Shown here: piece after piece, positions 37,524-47,230 of the stretch | How positions within the stretch are numbered: the first letter of the stretch is position 1 | Layout of the letters: each line of letters opens with the position of its first letter | DNA from: an uncultured Gammaproteobacteria bacterium | GTDB lineage: Bacteria > Patescibacteriota > Microgenomatia > Daviesbacterales > UBA10151 | Assembly: GCA_964396715.1 (NCBI GenBank) | Contig: CAYNFQ010000001.1 | Span: 21,037 to 85,036 of the forward strand | Direction: 5' to 3' | DNA length: 64,000 nucleotides | The notes under the pieces: model-generated | Seen by the model: only the letters and a program-made list of their open reading frames with translations | The model's database searches: none | Told to the model about the DNA's origin: nothing | Made by a program: the position numbers and the translations under genes

Positions 37524-38073
37524 ATCTTCTTCGATGCTTCCTCTGGGGACAAGCTTACCGCAGTTTTCTTTAACTGATGTGGTTTCCGGGCAGATTATTT
37601 CTTCAACTGATTTTTCCGGCAAACCGCTCTTGGTAATGTTTATCTGCAGGCATTGTCCGTATGTAAAACATGTTGAAAATGAACTGGCAAAATTGGGTAA
37701 AGATTATCAAGGCAAAATTGGCATTGTGGCCATATCCTCAAATGACATAACAGCTTATCCGGAGGATGCGCCGGAGTCTTTGAAGGAGCAGGCAGAAGAA
37801 GTAGGTTTTAGTTTTCCTTATCTTTATGATGAAAGCCAGGATGTAGCTAAAAGTTTTAGGGCTGCCTGTACGCCGGATTTATTTCTCTTTGATAAAGAAG
37901 GAAAGTTGGTTTATCGAGGTCAATTGGACGGGAGCAGACCGGATAGCGGTATTCCGGTGACCGGAAAAGATGTTCGAGCAGCCATTGATACTTTGCTTTT
38001 CGGCCAACCCATCAGCCCTGACCAAAAACCCAGCATAGGATGTGGAATTAAGTGGAAATCTGTGATAACCTAA
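37516..38073 (+). CDS. Thioredoxin-fold (AhpC/TSA-like) protein
   Basis: CRHCPYV, AISSND, FPYLYD..Q, ACTPD, YRGQLD, GCGIKW. Confidence 0.88.
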   Translation: MAESSSMLPLGTSLPQFSLTDVVSGQIISSTDFSGKPLLVMFICRHCPYVKHVENELAKLGKDYQGKIGIVAISSNDITAYPEDAPESLKEQAEEVGFSFPYLYDESQDVAKSFRAACTPDLFLFDKEGKLVYRGQLDGSRPDSGIPVTGKDVRAAIDTLLFGQPISPDQKPSIGCGIKWKSVIT

Positions 38074-38077
38074 ATTT

Positions 38078-38326
38078 ATGTCCAAAAAAGCGTTTGTGGT
38101 TATTTTAGTCTTAAGTGTGGTGGTAACTTATGGAATGGCATTTGTAGATGATGTAATTAATCCTACTAAGAATCCAACCGGTTTACCTTTTAGTTTTGCA
38201 TCTTTTAATTTTCTAGGTGGATCAAATGATAATCTTATGCTAGTTTTAGATATAACCTTTTGGTTTGTGGTTATTTGGGGAATCTGGAAAGCTATCTCTT
38301 ATTTCTCTGGTCGTGGGGGACGATAA
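38078..38326 (+). CDS. Small membrane protein
   Basis: Two TM helices around a GLPF motif. Confidence 0.6.
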   Translation: MSKKAFVVILVLSVVVTYGMAFVDDVINPTKNPTGLPFSFASFNFLGGSNDNLMLVLDITFWFVVIWGIWKAISYFSGRGGR

Positions 38327-40835
38327 CTTCAAAACTGGATAAAGAGGTATTTCCTGCTAAGTCCGTAGCAAATATTTTTATTATGTATTTTCTCCCATCT
38401 TTATCATCACCTTTTCTTGATGCCTCCAGTTTAATAGCTTGATTTATATTTGTTTGGCTTCCAAGTGTTACAGAAGATTCAATCAAGTCATATTCGTCTT
38501 CCACGATAATTTTTGTTAGATACGGATTATCATCAGCGATAGTACCTGTAATATTCACATCAACCATTTTATTATTCGGTGGCCAGATACTCTTTGGACT
38601 AACATCTAATGAAATTGTCGGGGGAGTGTAATCATAATTTGCATTTCCTTCCAAAATGCTGAACTTTTCAACATTGGCATCTATGGTTCCATTCCCGTCT
38701 TCATCCAGTTTAATAACCGGCGATTGGTCTGAATTTGTATCAAAAGTAGTCTCCGCTTTAGTATTTTCTGTCAAAGGAATTTCTTTATAAAGGATAGTTT
38801 TCGAATTTTCATCATTTTCAAATTTCCTGATTTTAAAATCAAAACTGCCCTGATTTGTTGCTTCAAATTTAACATCATAAACTCCATTTATGGGAAGATA
38901 GATAAATTTAGCATCACCCAAAGTATCATAAGAGCTTCCGGGAATATTAGTTTCAAATCCATCCGTTGTTGGGCCTGTATGATTGCCGCTTGAGTCATAA
39001 ACATGGATATCAACAGGAGAGTGAACAGACAGAGTATTGCCTGCAAGTTTGAAAGGTTGAGTGGAAACTCCGCCAGGCAACTGATTATTACTATCTAAAA
39101 TATTTTTAACTAAATTTAATGCAGGTCCATTGGTAACTAAATTGCCGTGTTTCTGATTAGTGTAAAGGGTTTGTTGAGAACCAAAGGAGGCGCTAAGTAG
39201 CGGTACTGTTTCATCGCCATTTATTATACGCATATCTTTATGAATTCCTGCTATTCCAAATAAAGAAGTGTCTTTAATTTCAATAATTTGTCCTAAGGTA
39301 GGTTGTCCTGACCCAGCGATAACCACAACGTCCACACCATTTGTAGTAGATAACGTAGAATCTATTGAATGAAAAGTTTCACTTGGGTTAAATAAAGCAG
39401 TATTATGTCCAACAATTGTTAAGAGATTCTTAATCTGATTATAATTCAGGGCTCCGTTTTCTGTTCTATATGGATAGGGATGTTGAGCATCCTCATTTGA
39501 GTAAAAGTTAAAATAAGATTGACTTGGGGCCAATTGAAAACCACTGATCATATTTTGAATAACATCATTCATTTCAGATGGAGCTAAGGATAAACAATAA
39601 GGACCAAATGGGTATTTAAGACAGCCGCCATACCTTAGTACTTTTAAAAATTCTGTAGCTCCCAAATGTGGAGTTCCCAGGGTAAATAATTTTCTGACAT
39701 TCTGGGCGCGGTTTACATCAGCTATGTAGTTTCTGGCAACCAGGCCTCCCATGGAGTGGGCTACAATATCTACTTTCGTACTGCCTGTTTGACTCTTAAT
39801 CTGGTTAATTTTATTATCAAGCTCGGTTTTAGTTGTACTAATATCTTTTCTCCAATCATACGGAAACACAAAAAGATCCTCATTAAGGATATATCCATTG
39901 GCAGTGAAAAAATCTATGGCACCTTGATATGCCCTTGCCAGCAAATTGTTTGTTAACCCTATGTGTGCTTCACTGGTTATGCCATCATCTCTCATCCGTA
40001 ATACATCAAAATAATCATCATTCCCGGGATTTGCAGCTTCATCTTCATTTACCCAAACTTTTTCTCCTGATGGATAAATATGGTTAAAAGTCCCTCCATG
40101 CCCGTCCGTAGCATTCCAGATAGTATCCTCTTCAACTTTAAGTTCCGACCCTCCAATTCCGGGAATTAAAATTAAGGGAGTTTTGAGAGAAGGTGGGGGA
40201 GCAAGAGCTGTTAGCTTGATATTATCAAATCTGACATAAATATTACTGATATCCCCTGTCCAGTAACTTAAAGTCAGAACCCCTTTTTTAACTAAAGTTT
40301 CAGAATCTGTAATATCAAAAATTAAAGTGTCCCCTATCCAAGCTTTGATATTTTCATCTTTTAGCTCAACTTTTAGCTGATACCATTTTTGATTAATTAG
40401 AGGATAAGAGTGGGTATCAAAAAGCGTAGTAACTATCCCGCTTTGATTTTTTCTTAAAATAATCTCCGGGGTATTATATAAACCGGTTCCATGTCTAAAA
40501 TTAATCTCATAAGAATCACCATCAGGAGTATATCTGAACCCTACTCCATGATCTATACCGGATTGAGCATTAAAGTCTAGCTCAATTCTGTAGTTATCCC
40601 ATTGTGAAGACCCATTACTTATTCTTCCTCCAAAAGCCCTGCCTGATTTTGATCCGACTAGATTGCCATTGTTGATATACCAGTTTCCAGACTGTATTGT
40701 CCAGCCATCCAAGTTCCCATCACTAAAATCATCAAAAAGAAGGATGTCTCCTTCTGCAGCCAAAGCAGGCAGGCTAAAGAGTGAAATCAGGATAAACAAT
40801 AAGGCTGCTTTTAAAAATTTAAATAATCTGGGCAT
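38292..40835 (-). CDS. Secreted alpha/beta hydrolase (LCAT/lipase-like) with an N-terminal ConA-like domain
   Basis: Signal peptide, LIPGIGGS, PYDWR, AHSMGG, GTPHLG, GDETVP, downstream His. Confidence 0.8.
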   Translation of the reverse strand: MPRLFKFLKAALLFILISLFSLPALAAEGDILLFDDFSDGNLDGWTIQSGNWYINNGNLVGSKSGRAFGGRISNGSSQWDNYRIELDFNAQSGIDHGVGFRYTPDGDSYEINFRHGTGLYNTPEIILRKNQSGIVTTLFDTHSYPLINQKWYQLKVELKDENIKAWIGDTLIFDITDSETLVKKGVLTLSYWTGDISNIYVRFDNIKLTALAPPPSLKTPLILIPGIGGSELKVEEDTIWNATDGHGGTFNHIYPSGEKVWVNEDEAANPGNDDYFDVLRMRDDGITSEAHIGLTNNLLARAYQGAIDFFTANGYILNEDLFVFPYDWRKDISTTKTELDNKINQIKSQTGSTKVDIVAHSMGGLVARNYIADVNRAQNVRKLFTLGTPHLGATEFLKVLRYGGCLKYPFGPYCLSLAPSEMNDVIQNMISGFQLAPSQSYFNFYSNEDAQHPYPYRTENGALNYNQIKNLLTIVGHNTALFNPSETFHSIDSTLSTTNGVDVVVIAGSGQPTLGQIIEIKDTSLFGIAGIHKDMRIINGDETVPLLSASFGSQQTLYTNQKHGNLVTNGPALNLVKNILDSNNQLPGGVSTQPFKLAGNTLSVHSPVDIHVYDSSGNHTGPTTDGFETNIPGSSYDTLGDAKFIYLPINGVYDVKFEATNQGSFDFKIRKFENDENSKTILYKEIPLTENTKAETTFDTNSDQSPVIKLDEDGNGTIDANVEKFSILEGNANYDYTPPTISLDVSPKSIWPPNNKMVDVNITGTIADDNPYLTKIIVEDEYDLIESSVTLGSQTNINQAIKLEASRKGDDKDGRKYIIKIFATDLAGNTSLSSFEVIVPHDQRNKR

Positions 40836-40898
40836 TGATTAAATGATAATCCCAAGGTTGTAATTATGCAAACAGTAATCTTGAGCTGATATAATAGT

Positions 40899-42407
40899 AT
40901 GGTGAATTTAGCCCTTAAATACAAAAAAGAGATTTTCATAATTCTTATTCTTTTTGCCTTTTATTTTCTCTTTAGGCTTCCAAATTTAACTTTGCAGCCT
41001 ATTTTTGCGGATGAGGCCATTTATATCAGATGGGCCCAGGTGATGAGATCAGAACCAACCTTGCGCTTTTTACCTTTATCCGATGGCAAAACACCTCTGT
41101 TCATGTGGGCTATGATCCCCCTTTTTAAAATATTTGAAGACCCTCTTTTTGCAGGAAGATTTTTATCTGTTATGAGCGGGTTTGTCACTTTGATAGGCGT
41201 GTTGGCATTAGCATGGAGAGTGTTTGGCATAAAAACTGCCCTGTGGGCATCTTTTATTTATGTAGTGGTGCCCTACACTGTTTTTTTTGACAGAATGGCT
41301 TTGGTTGATGCTATGCTTTCAGCCTTTACTGTTTGGGCTTTATTTTTTGCAACACTTCTTGCTCAAAAAGTCAGGTTGGATTTGGCCATGATCTTGGGAT
41401 TTATTCTCGGAGGAGCATGGCTCACCAAAACTCCGGCTGTTTTAAATCTTTTTCTTTTGCCAGCATCCATACTTGCTTTTAAAAAATCAAAAGAAGATAA
41501 ATACTCATCTTTAAAACTGTTTTTCTTTTGGCTGATTGCCATATTTATTGCTCTTTTGATGTATAACGCCTTAAGATTGGGGCCTAATTTTCACCTTTTA
41601 TCTTCCAGAAATGCTGATTATGTGTTTTCTCCGGTTGAACTTTTAGGCAGGCCCCTGGATCCTTTTATTCCGCATTTTCGGGATATTTCAGACTGGTTTC
41701 CCAAACTTTTGACTTGGCCTGTTTTAATTTTAGGGGGGACAGGGGTAATTTGGGTGATTAAGGAAAAGAATAAATTAGGGTTTGTTGTTTTGCTTTGGGC
41801 TTTGATACCGCTACTTTTGGAAATGGCTTTCCTTCGTACATTTACCGCCAGATATTTGTTGCCTTCCATACCTTTGATTTTAATTTTTGCAGGATATGGT
41901 ATAAGTAAAATTTCAAATTTCAAATTTCAAATTTCAAATAATTTTTTAATACTAATTCTTTCAATAGTTTTAACCGTTCCGGCGCTTCATTTTAATTATC
42001 AGCTTTTAACCAGCTCTCCGCCCGATTCTTTACCAAAAGAAGAAAGAAAAGGTTATTTTGAAGGGTGGACTGCAGGATATGGTTTAAAAGAAATAGCTCA
42101 ATTTTTAACAGAACAAAACAAAACTCAAAAAGTGGTGGTGGGTACTGAGGGGTTTTTCGGCACCCTGCCTGACGGCTTGTATATTTACCTTGATAAAGCG
42201 GGAATTTCCATAATAGGTTCTCATGCCACAATTTCAGCCCAAATAAGAAATGCCGCCAAAGACAATCTGACTTTTTTTGTTGGTAATAAAAATAATTTAG
42301 AGGGAGCGATAGATAATGTTAGACTAATCAAAGAATATCCCAAGGCAAAAGCAGTTGATGGTAAACAAGATTCAACTGTTTTGTACCAAGTTTTACCAAA
42401 AGATTAA
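40899..42407 (+). CDS. GT-C (ArnT/PMT-like) membrane glycosyltransferase
   Basis: IFADEAIY, GK.PL; true start may be GTG 40902. Confidence 0.8.
   Translation: MVNLALKYKKEIFIILILFAFYFLFRLPNLTLQPIFADEAIYIRWAQVMRSEPTLRFLPLSDGKTPLFMWAMIPLFKIFEDPLFAGRFLSVMSGFVTLIGVLALAWRVFGIKTALWASFIYVVVPYTVFFDRMALVDAMLSAFTVWALFFATLLAQKVRLDLAMILGFILGGAWLTKTPAVLNLFLLPASILAFKKSKEDKYSSLKLFFFWLIAIFIALLMYNALRLGPNFHLLSSRNADYVFSPVELLGRPLDPFIPHFRDISDWFPKLLTWPVLILGGTGVIWVIKEKNKLGFVVLLWALIPLLLEMAFLRTFTARYLLPSIPLILIFAGYGISKISNFKFQISNNFLILILSIVLTVPALHFNYQLLTSSPPDSLPKEERKGYFEGWTAGYGLKEIAQFLTEQNKTQKVVVGTEGFFGTLPDGLYIYLDKAGISIIGSHATISAQIRNAAKDNLTFFVGNKNNLEGAIDNVRLIKEYPKAKAVDGKQDSTVLYQVLPKD
41908..41939. repeat. Perfect (AAATTTC)4 tandem repeat in frame
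   Basis: Four exact copies plus AAAT, read as KISNFKFQISN. Confidence 0.85.
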
Positions 42408-42413
42408 TGATTT

Positions 42414-44063
42414 ATGAAAAAAACTCTAATTACTCTATTAGTTTTATTTTTGATCACCCTTCCCACATTAATACCCTTCTTTAATAGTCAGTTTTTTTAC
42501 ACCCAAGATCATATTTTTATAGCAAGACTGCATCAGATGACAACAGCCTTAGCAGATGGTCATTTTCCGGTCAGATGGTCTCCTGATTTAAGATTTGGCG
42601 AACCACTTTTTAATTTTTATGCCCCCCTGCCTTATTATTTGGGAGCAATTATTAAATTGTCTCCTTTAAATTATATTTGGGTTGCTAAAATACTCTTTAT
42701 CTTAAGCAGTTTTTTATCAGCTTTAACTATGTATCTTTTTATCAAACATTTGTTTGGTAACAAAGCTGCTTTTTTGGCAACAGTACTTTATACATATGCC
42801 CCATACAGGGCAGTGGATTTATATGTCAGGGGTGCTTTATCAGAAGCCTGGGCTTTTGTCTTTTTTCCTCTGATCTTTTATGTCTCAACTTTAATTTCAG
42901 AAAAAGTAAGTCTTCAAAGAATAGCCTTACTCTCACTATCTTTAGCCGGACTTTTCTTAACACATAATGTAACTACTTTAATGTTTTTGCCATTTTTAGG
43001 ATTTTGGTGGTTATATCTGATTTTCAGGCAAAAAAATTGGAGGGTAATTTTTCCTTTGTTCTTATCTTCTATTTTAGCTCTGGGGTTATCGGCATTTTTC
43101 TTATTGCCTGCTCTTTATGAGCGGCAATTTATTCAAACCCAATATTTACTGGTAGGTTATTTTGATTTCAGGGCTCATTTTGTGGCTTTTTATCAATTCT
43201 TTTCCACTTTTTGGGGATACGGTTCATCCCTTTGGGGGTCTAAGGATGATATGTCATTTCAAATAGGCTTGGTTCATTGGGCAACTTTGGTTTTGGCAGT
43301 CATCTTGGGATTTGTTTTTAGAAAGGATAAAAAGTTTCTAGGGCTGTTAGGGTTTTTGGGGGGTTGTTTTCTGCTATCTGTATTTTTGCAGCACAACAAA
43401 TCGGCCTTTGTTTGGGAAGCAATTCCTTTGATGGCTTTTATTCAATTTCCCTGGAGGTTTTTAGCCATCTCCATTTTTTTGGTAAGTTTAACCGGAGGGC
43501 TGGTTGCCAATTATTTGCAAAATAAATTTAAAATTATTTATTTTATTTTAACTTTAGCCCTGATTTTTGTTAATCTCCCTTATTTTAAACCAAGAAACTT
43601 TGTGGAAGATTCTTTTTTTGAAAAGTTTTTAAATAAAGAAAAGATGCACCAGGGAATAGATTTAACCAAGGATTATTTCCCCGTCTGGGTTAAAAATGAT
43701 CGGGTGGAGTATTTTGGCAGTCCCAGAGCAGTGGAGGGGAAAATTGCAGTGTTCGACTTTGAGAAAAAAACAGCTAAAGCTTTTGGCAGAATAGATGTTT
43801 TGTCTGATAGTTTGATTGAGATGCCAATTACCTATTTTCCTGGATGGGAAGTTAGAGCAAATGGTAAGGTTTTAAGTGTATCAGAGCCTTCAATACAAGG
43901 ACTGATTACTTTTGAACTACCCAAAGGCGAGTACAAAATTGATTTGGAATTGAAAGACACTCCTGTTAGAATGATGGGAAATTCAGTAAGTCTGGTAAGT
44001 TTTCTTTTGCTTCTTACCTGCTTAAGTTATAAAAAATTTAGATATGAATTTTATCAGAAGTAA
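42414..44063 (+). CDS. PTPS-related/YfhO-like GT-C membrane protein
   Basis: FPVRW.PDL..G.PLFNFY.PL, RGAL.E, QFPWR, YFPGW. Confidence 0.75.
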   Translation: MKKTLITLLVLFLITLPTLIPFFNSQFFYTQDHIFIARLHQMTTALADGHFPVRWSPDLRFGEPLFNFYAPLPYYLGAIIKLSPLNYIWVAKILFILSSFLSALTMYLFIKHLFGNKAAFLATVLYTYAPYRAVDLYVRGALSEAWAFVFFPLIFYVSTLISEKVSLQRIALLSLSLAGLFLTHNVTTLMFLPFLGFWWLYLIFRQKNWRVIFPLFLSSILALGLSAFFLLPALYERQFIQTQYLLVGYFDFRAHFVAFYQFFSTFWGYGSSLWGSKDDMSFQIGLVHWATLVLAVILGFVFRKDKKFLGLLGFLGGCFLLSVFLQHNKSAFVWEAIPLMAFIQFPWRFLAISIFLVSLTGGLVANYLQNKFKIIYFILTLALIFVNLPYFKPRNFVEDSFFEKFLNKEKMHQGIDLTKDYFPVWVKNDRVEYFGSPRAVEGKIAVFDFEKKTAKAFGRIDVLSDSLIEMPITYFPGWEVRANGKVLSVSEPSIQGLITFELPKGEYKIDLELKDTPVRMMGNSVSLVSFLLLLTCLSYKKFRYEFYQK

Positions 44064-45756
44064 CAAAGAATTTATTATCGGTTTAATCCTTACCTTAAGC
44101 CTTTTGTGGCCCCTTGTTTGGGCTCCCTATTTCACCCACCATGATGATGTGCAGGTGATAAGACTGTATGAGATGGACAAATGTTTTAAGGATGGACAAA
44201 CCCCCTGCCGCTGGGTTCCTGATTTGGGAGGTTTATATGGTTATCCGCTTTTCAACTATTATGCGCCTTTGCCATATTATTTTGGAGAAATCATCTACTT
44301 AATATCACAAAGTCTAATCTTGTCAGTCAAGTTGATGTTCGCAATTTCCTTTTTGGGATCTTATTTTTTTATGTATCTTTTGGCGCGAAAATTTTGGGGA
44401 AACTTGGGAGGGAGTTTGTCTGCAATTTTTTACAGTTTCGCACCATACCACGCCTTGGATTTTTATATAAGAGGAGCAATGGGTGAGATGTGGGCAATGA
44501 TGTTTTTCCCTGCTATTTTTTGGGCTCTAACCAAATTAGAAGAGCGAATAAATTTGGCTAATCTTTTAATGCTTGCTGCTTTTTTGGCTGGACTTTTTAC
44601 TTCCCACAATCTTTCTGTCATGATCTTTGCCCCATTTGTAATTATTTTTTGGCTGTTTTCATTTTTGAAGAAAAAAAGGATGAAATTTTTATTGTTTAGT
44701 TTAACATCTTTAGTATTTGGGCTGGCACTTTCCTCTTTTTATCTAATACCGATGCTTTTGGAGAAAAATTTAGTTCATGTTGAGACCACTACATATGGTT
44801 ATTTTGGTTACACAGAACACTTTAAAGGGTTTAAGAAATTATTTTTGGAAAGAAAGTGGGGGTATGGGTCATCAATTAGGGAAGTACCGGAAGCGGAGAA
44901 AGAAAAAATTTCATTTCAGATCGGCTGGATTCATCTGTTTGGGTGGTTGTTGGCCTTAATTGTCGCCAAACTGCTAATTAAGAAAAACAGAATGGTCAGT
45001 TATCTGATTTTGATTTGTACATTTTTGACACTTTTTGCAATTTTTCTGATTAACCCCAGATCAGAATTTATCTGGAGAGCAATTCAGCCCTTAAAGTATC
45101 TACAATTTCCCTGGCGATTGATGATGATGGTAATTTTCTTTACTTCCTTTATCTCAGGAAGCATTTTTCTGATTTTAGTAAATGACAGAAGAAAATATGT
45201 AATCTGGGGCGGTTTGGTCTTGGCGGTTGTGGCATTTAATTTTTCATATTTTCGCCCGGAAAAATTTTTACAAGTCAGCGATCAGGAACTTCTTTCAGGG
45301 CAGAATTGGGATAGACAGATCAAGAGATCAATTTTTGATTACTTGCCTATATATGCAAAAGAGCCGCCGGCTGAGCTGGCAACAGAAAGATATAAAATTT
45401 TAACAGGGGATAGTAGGATAGATAATTTTAAAGAAGGGACAAACTGGCTGAGTTTTGAAACTGTTACCAAATTCCACACAATTATCCGTTTATCACAATA
45501 CTATTTCCCTGAATGGAAAATTTTTGTAGATGGTGGTCAGATAAATGTGGAGTATAAAAATAACAGTTTGGGTCTGATGACGATAATTTTAGGTGAAGGG
45601 AACCACAAAGTTGAAGGAAGATTATATGATACCCCCGTAAGATCAATATCAAATGTTTTAACAGCAGGTACTGTTGCTTTAATGTTATTTTTATTTATTA
45701 CCCAACTGCCAAAGGCAAGAAAGTGGATTAGCTATTATAGAAAAAGGGTAAACTAA
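44044..45756 (+). CDS. PTPS-related/YfhO-like GT-C membrane protein (tandem paralog)
   Basis: PCRWVPDL..YGYPLFNYY, RGAMGE, QFPWR, YFPEW. Confidence 0.75.
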   Translation: MNFIRSNKEFIIGLILTLSLLWPLVWAPYFTHHDDVQVIRLYEMDKCFKDGQTPCRWVPDLGGLYGYPLFNYYAPLPYYFGEIIYLISQSLILSVKLMFAISFLGSYFFMYLLARKFWGNLGGSLSAIFYSFAPYHALDFYIRGAMGEMWAMMFFPAIFWALTKLEERINLANLLMLAAFLAGLFTSHNLSVMIFAPFVIIFWLFSFLKKKRMKFLLFSLTSLVFGLALSSFYLIPMLLEKNLVHVETTTYGYFGYTEHFKGFKKLFLERKWGYGSSIREVPEAEKEKISFQIGWIHLFGWLLALIVAKLLIKKNRMVSYLILICTFLTLFAIFLINPRSEFIWRAIQPLKYLQFPWRLMMMVIFFTSFISGSIFLILVNDRRKYVIWGGLVLAVVAFNFSYFRPEKFLQVSDQELLSGQNWDRQIKRSIFDYLPIYAKEPPAELATERYKILTGDSRIDNFKEGTNWLSFETVTKFHTIIRLSQYYFPEWKIFVDGGQINVEYKNNSLGLMTIILGEGNHKVEGRLYDTPVRSISNVLTAGTVALMLFLFITQLPKARKWISYYRKRVN

Positions 45757-45757
45757 A

Positions 45758-47230
45758 ATGGAGTCAGTTGAACAAATTGATCCGACAGAAGAAGTTTCTG
45801 TGGAAACTGTTAAAAAAAGAGCAGTCAAGGGCGCAGTAATTCTGACAGGAAGAAATATCTTCATCCAGGGGATATCCTTTTTTGCAACAGCGCTGCTGAC
45901 GGTTTTTTTACTCCCTGCGGAATTTGGAGTTTTCTTTATTGTGTCTGCGGTGATTTCCTTTTTGGCATATTTTTCGGATATCGGTTTTGCAGCCTCTCTT
46001 ATTCAAAAAAAAGAAAATTTAGAAGATATCGAGTTAAAAACGGTCTTTACTGCCCAGCAGATACTGATAATTCTGCTTTTGGCAGTAGTCTTTTTGTTTA
46101 CCCCTCTGATACAAAATTTCTACAATCTATCAAAAGATGCAATATATCTTTTGTGGGCTCTTTCTTTTTCACTGTTTTTATCATCACTTAAAACCATCCC
46201 CACTGTTTTGATGGAAAGAAGGCTGGAATTTAACAAATGGGTGATACCGCAAATTGCCGAAACTTTAATTTTTAATATCACTGCGGTTTTTTTAGCATGG
46301 AAAGGGTACGGGGTGACAAGTTTTACCGTAGCGGTTTTATTAAGAAGTTTTACCGGACTTATCTTGACATATTTAATTAAGCCATGGATGCCGGCAATTG
46401 CTTTTTCTCAGAGTGCTTTTAAATCAATTTTAAAGTTCGGTGTTCCTTATCAGGCCAACACCTTTTTGGCCATGGTTAAAGATGACGGGATGATTTTGTT
46501 TTTAGGGTCTATTTTAGGACCCTCGGGTGTCGGGCTTTTGGGGTGGGCGCAAAAATGGGCCTATGCCCCTTTGCGTTTTTTTATGGATCAGGTAATTAAA
46601 GTTACCTTTCCGGCATTTTCCAGGTTGCAGGATAAAAGGGTGGAGCTTTCACAATCAGTCTCAAAAGCTATAATGTTTGTCTGCATTTTGGTTTTCCCCT
46701 CACTTGTGATGCTGGTGCTGGCAGCTCCAATCCTTTTGCAAATGATCCCGAAATACAGTAAATGGGAAGGGGCACTTTTTGCCTTAAGTGTTTTAAGCAT
46801 TACCTCTGCCCTGGCTGCCATCACCACTCCTTTAACAAATACCTTAAACGCCATCGGACGGATTTCTTTAACTTTTAAACTGATGGTGATGTGGACTATT
46901 CTCACCTGGATTTTGGTTCCTGTTTTGTCCATAATGTACGGTGTGAACGGAGCGGCTTTGGGGCTGACCTTGGTGGGATTAAGTTCTTTTGTGGCACTTT
47001 ATATGACTGGTAAATTTGTGGATATTGATTATCTGCAAACTGTGGGTAAACCGCTATTTGCTTCCATTCTGATGGGGGGAATGGTGTTGATGGTCAAGGG
47101 AATATTTGAAACCTCTTTTTGGCAATTGCTTGCAATGGGAATTGGCGGATTGTTTTCTTATGGCGCAACTATCATGGTACTTGAGCCGTCTTTAAAAAAC
47201 TTGCTGAAAACGCTGTTTAAAAAAGTATGA
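45758..47230 (+). CDS. Wzx-type oligosaccharide flippase
   Basis: P.EFG, DIG...LIQK, FPAFS.LQ, about 12-14 TM helices. Confidence 0.88.
   Translation: MESVEQIDPTEEVSVETVKKRAVKGAVILTGRNIFIQGISFFATALLTVFLLPAEFGVFFIVSAVISFLAYFSDIGFAASLIQKKENLEDIELKTVFTAQQILIILLLAVVFLFTPLIQNFYNLSKDAIYLLWALSFSLFLSSLKTIPTVLMERRLEFNKWVIPQIAETLIFNITAVFLAWKGYGVTSFTVAVLLRSFTGLILTYLIKPWMPAIAFSQSAFKSILKFGVPYQANTFLAMVKDDGMILFLGSILGPSGVGLLGWAQKWAYAPLRFFMDQVIKVTFPAFSRLQDKRVELSQSVSKAIMFVCILVFPSLVMLVLAAPILLQMIPKYSKWEGALFALSVLSITSALAAITTPLTNTLNAIGRISLTFKLMVMWTILTWILVPVLSIMYGVNGAALGLTLVGLSSFVALYMTGKFVDIDYLQTVGKPLFASILMGGMVLMVKGIFETSFWQLLAMGIGGLFSYGATIMVLEPSLKNLLKTLFKKV

Noticed and set aside
40766-40774. CCTGCCTGC half-match to the 34681 element in a signal peptide (minus strand)
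   Set aside because: Only one arm; ordinary SLPA codons
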